Of a DNA stretch of 8,634 nucleotides, positions 7,225 through 8,634 are shown in pieces. The notes beneath the pieces were generated by a model. It searched no databases. It was not told where the DNA came from and saw nothing but the letters and a program-made list of their open reading frames with translations. A program made the position numbers and the translations under genes. This DNA is from a virus. Its lineage: Duplodnaviria; Heunggongvirae; Uroviricota; Caudoviricetes. The DNA lies in the IMG/VR virus record IMGVR_UViG_2541047932_000013, positions 1-8,634 of that record. One strand, 5' to 3'. Position 1 is the first letter of the stretch. The number at the start of each line of letters is the position of its first letter.

Positions 7225-7260
7225 GGATATATTAAATATTCAGCCGCTGTCCCTGGCCCA

Positions 7261-7818
7261 CTAAATACGCACTTTAAGATAAGTCAGCCCCGGATGAAGC
7301 CAGTAAGCCGGCACTTTTTTAAAGGGTGGAGTATTAAAATCACGAAGAAGAGCCTCCCGCACAATTGCATCCTTATCAGCACCACTGGCCAGCGCTTCAA
7401 TCTCAGCGGCTACCTGAAGATATCCCATGCAACGGCCAACGCGCTTCATCAGCCCCTGCTTTTTATTGTTCTTCAGGTAATCAATGGCAAATTCAATGAG
7501 CTCCTCACTGTGCTGGTGCAATGGAGGTGTTACTTTCCCATTTTCTGAGATGGTTATTTTCCCGGCATCACCGGATACAACAAAGGATGGCCGGTTACAC
7601 TCCCATTCCAGGTTACTGAAATTATCATTATGAATACTGAAACACTCTGAGAGATTTCTGCTCATCACTTTCCGACAATAATCGTCAAACGCAGCAAACT
7701 GCTCATCGCGGCGTTTTTTTTCATCTTCAGAAGGCATCAGCGTCGACAGTTTTTTATTCAGTTCAGCAATTTCATTTTCCAGACGACTGAAGCGCTGATT
7801 CATTTCTTCATGGTTCAT
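7261..7818 (-). CDS. Hypothetical 185-aa soluble protein with an N-terminal coiled-coil-like segment, inserted between holin and endolysin
   Basis: ATG at 7816-7818 lies directly after the holin stop (7822-7824), with GGGGAG upstream. No TM segment or signal peptide is visible; the N-terminus reads EEMNQRFSRLENEIAELNKKLSTL. The sequence is visibly more AT-rich than the neighbouring lysis genes. No family recognised. Confidence 0.6.
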   Translation of the reverse strand: MNHEEMNQRFSRLENEIAELNKKLSTLMPSEDEKKRRDEQFAAFDDYCRKVMSRNLSECFSIHNDNFSNLEWECNRPSFVVSGDAGKITISENGKVTPPLHQHSEELIEFAIDYLKNNKKQGLMKRVGRCMGYLQVAAEIEALASGADKDAIVREALLRDFNTPPFKKVPAYWLHPGLTYLKVRI

Positions 7819-7821
7819 CAC

Positions 7822-8028
7822 CTAATCTCCCCGGGCAGCCTTGCGACGGTCCTCTCTGATTTTGAAATACAGGTTAGTCAGATACGTCAGCAGGCCAAAC
7901 AGCAGACTCCCCAGCACACCTATCGCCACCCACTGGGACGGAGAGACTTTGTCCAGCAGCTGCAGTAACCAGTATCCCGTCCCCACCGCTGACGTGGTGT
8001 ATGACACACCCGTTGTGATTTTTTCCAT
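7822..8028 (-). CDS. S: Class II holin (pinholin), phage 21 S21-like
   Basis: 68 aa: [68 protein letters not shown]. It is nearly colinear with the S21 pinholin as recalled (two TMDs, …[14 protein letters not shown]…[21 protein letters not shown]). Confidence 0.88.
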   Translation of the reverse strand: MEKITTGVSYTTSAVGTGYWLLQLLDKVSPSQWVAIGVLGSLLFGLLTYLTNLYFKIREDRRKAARGD

Positions 8029-8069
8029 CTGATGTATGTCTCCGTCACCGCCGACAGAAAATGAAAGTA

Positions 8070-8108
8070 AAGGAAAACAAAAAGCCGCCAGTGTCGCCCA
8101 CTGACGGC
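8070..8108 (-). terminator. tR'-like intrinsic terminator upstream of the holin (minus strand)
   Basis: On the minus strand: stem GCCGTCAGTG / CACTGGCGGC (10 bp, one mismatch; plus 8084-8108) followed by TTTTTGTTTTCC. It ends about 40 nt upstream of the holin start, the position of the terminator read through by Q in lambdoid phages. Confidence 0.5.
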
Positions 8109-8187
8109 CAACGCCGGGAGCCGTGATTATGGCATTCAGGCTCTGCTAAAAATGCCAGATAACATTCCGGCTCCCCCCCTGATTCAG

Positions 8188-8214
8188 GTTATAAATGACA
8201 CAATATCTTGACAA
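8188..8214 (-). promoter_or_regulatory. Candidate late promoter (pR'-like): -35 TTGTCA and -10 TATAAC on the minus strand
   Basis: Minus-strand reading TTGTCA-(15 nt)-TATAAC, about 80-110 nt upstream of the tR'-like hairpin. The spacer is short and Q was not seen in the window, so this is tentative. Confidence 0.25.
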
Positions 8215-8287
8215 CACCCATCACTGTCTGTCAGAAAATGTACTGCCAGATATAAGTATCATGTGAAACCCAACTATCCTTCTTAGC

Positions 8288-8329
8288 CAGTACTTCTCCG
8301 ACGAAAGTCAGTACTGGCTGTTTTTTTAT
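8288..8329 (+). terminator. Plus-strand intrinsic terminator hairpin abutting the stop of the partial upstream ORF
   Basis: CCAGTACT…AGTACTGG (8-bp stem, 15-nt loop with an internal GAC/GTC pair) followed by CTGTTTTTTTATT on the plus strand. The minus-strand reading has only an A-run before the stem and no U-tract after it. Confidence 0.45.
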
Positions 8330-8634
8330 TATGCTGCCGGTGCATTTATCTCCAGCACCAGACTTTCTATCTCAACGCCATACGCTGCATTTTTTGTAAC
8401 ATCCGTCAGCGTCAGCGCATTCAGTCCCAGTGTCAGACTGTCTTTTATAACCTGGAATGCCGGGCCAGCCACTCCATTCAGTTTCGGAGTAACCGTGGCA
8501 CTGCCGGCGGTGAACACCAGCTCCAGCGTCTGCCAGTCGTTACCGTAATCGCCGAACTCCCCCAGCTTCGTGTTTCCGGCTTTCCTGTGATGCATCAGAT
8601 TCACTCTGCCGTCAGTGGTCTGAGTGAAGTACGA
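8329..8634 (-). CDS. Partial ORF of unknown function (C-terminal ≥101 aa; N-terminus beyond the window edge)
   Basis: The reading frame is open from the window edge to the stop at 8329-8331 (…TLELVFTAGSATVTPKLNGVAGPAFQVIKDSLTLGLNALTLTDVTKNAAYGVEIESLVLEINAPAA). It is beta-rich-looking and not Q-like (no Cys/His zinc motif). It sits in the slot between the Q region and the lysis genes where lambdoid phages carry cargo. Confidence 0.45.
   Translation of the reverse strand, partial: SYFTQTTDGRVNLMHHRKAGNTKLGEFGDYGNDWQTLELVFTAGSATVTPKLNGVAGPAFQVIKDSLTLGLNALTLTDVTKNAAYGVEIESLVLEINAPAA

Noticed and set aside
6639-7548. ORFs 6639..6887 (-), 6887..7264 (+) and 7111..7548 (+) overlapping the endolysin and the 185-aa ORF
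   Set aside because: These are alternative or antisense frames of better-supported genes, with low-complexity translations.
7841-8111. ORFs 7841..8032 (+) and 7920..8111 (-) over the holin and the tR'-like hairpin
   Set aside because: They overlap the clearly homologous pinholin or the terminator structure and are likely spurious.
1-8634. CRISPR arrays, tRNA or rRNA genes, insertion sequences, integrase or att sites
   Set aside because: No spacer-repeat arrays, cloverleaf-like tRNA candidates, terminal inverted repeats or transposase or integrase ORFs were seen. The only repeats are the cosB elements and the 114-bp coding duplication.

Overview
The window is the late-gene junction of a lambdoid (lambda/21-like) phage or prophage, with almost all genes on the minus strand. 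Reading in the direction of transcription (high to low coordinates): a partial unknown ORF, a tR'-like terminator, a lysis cassette (S21-like pinholin, an unknown 185-aa protein, a lysozyme-type endolysin, three tiny membrane-peptide ORFs, Rz with embedded Rz1), an AT-rich accessory region, a cos site, then small and large terminase, gpW, portal and the start of gpC. Calls rest on reading the translations and on recalled lambda protein and cos sequences; no database search was run. The most unusual content is the extra genes inside the lysis cassette: the 185-aa ORF between holin and endolysin, and a duplicated small-membrane-peptide module between endolysin and spanins. The cos site is also chimeric: cosN is lambda-identical, while cosB and the small-terminase N-terminus are not.
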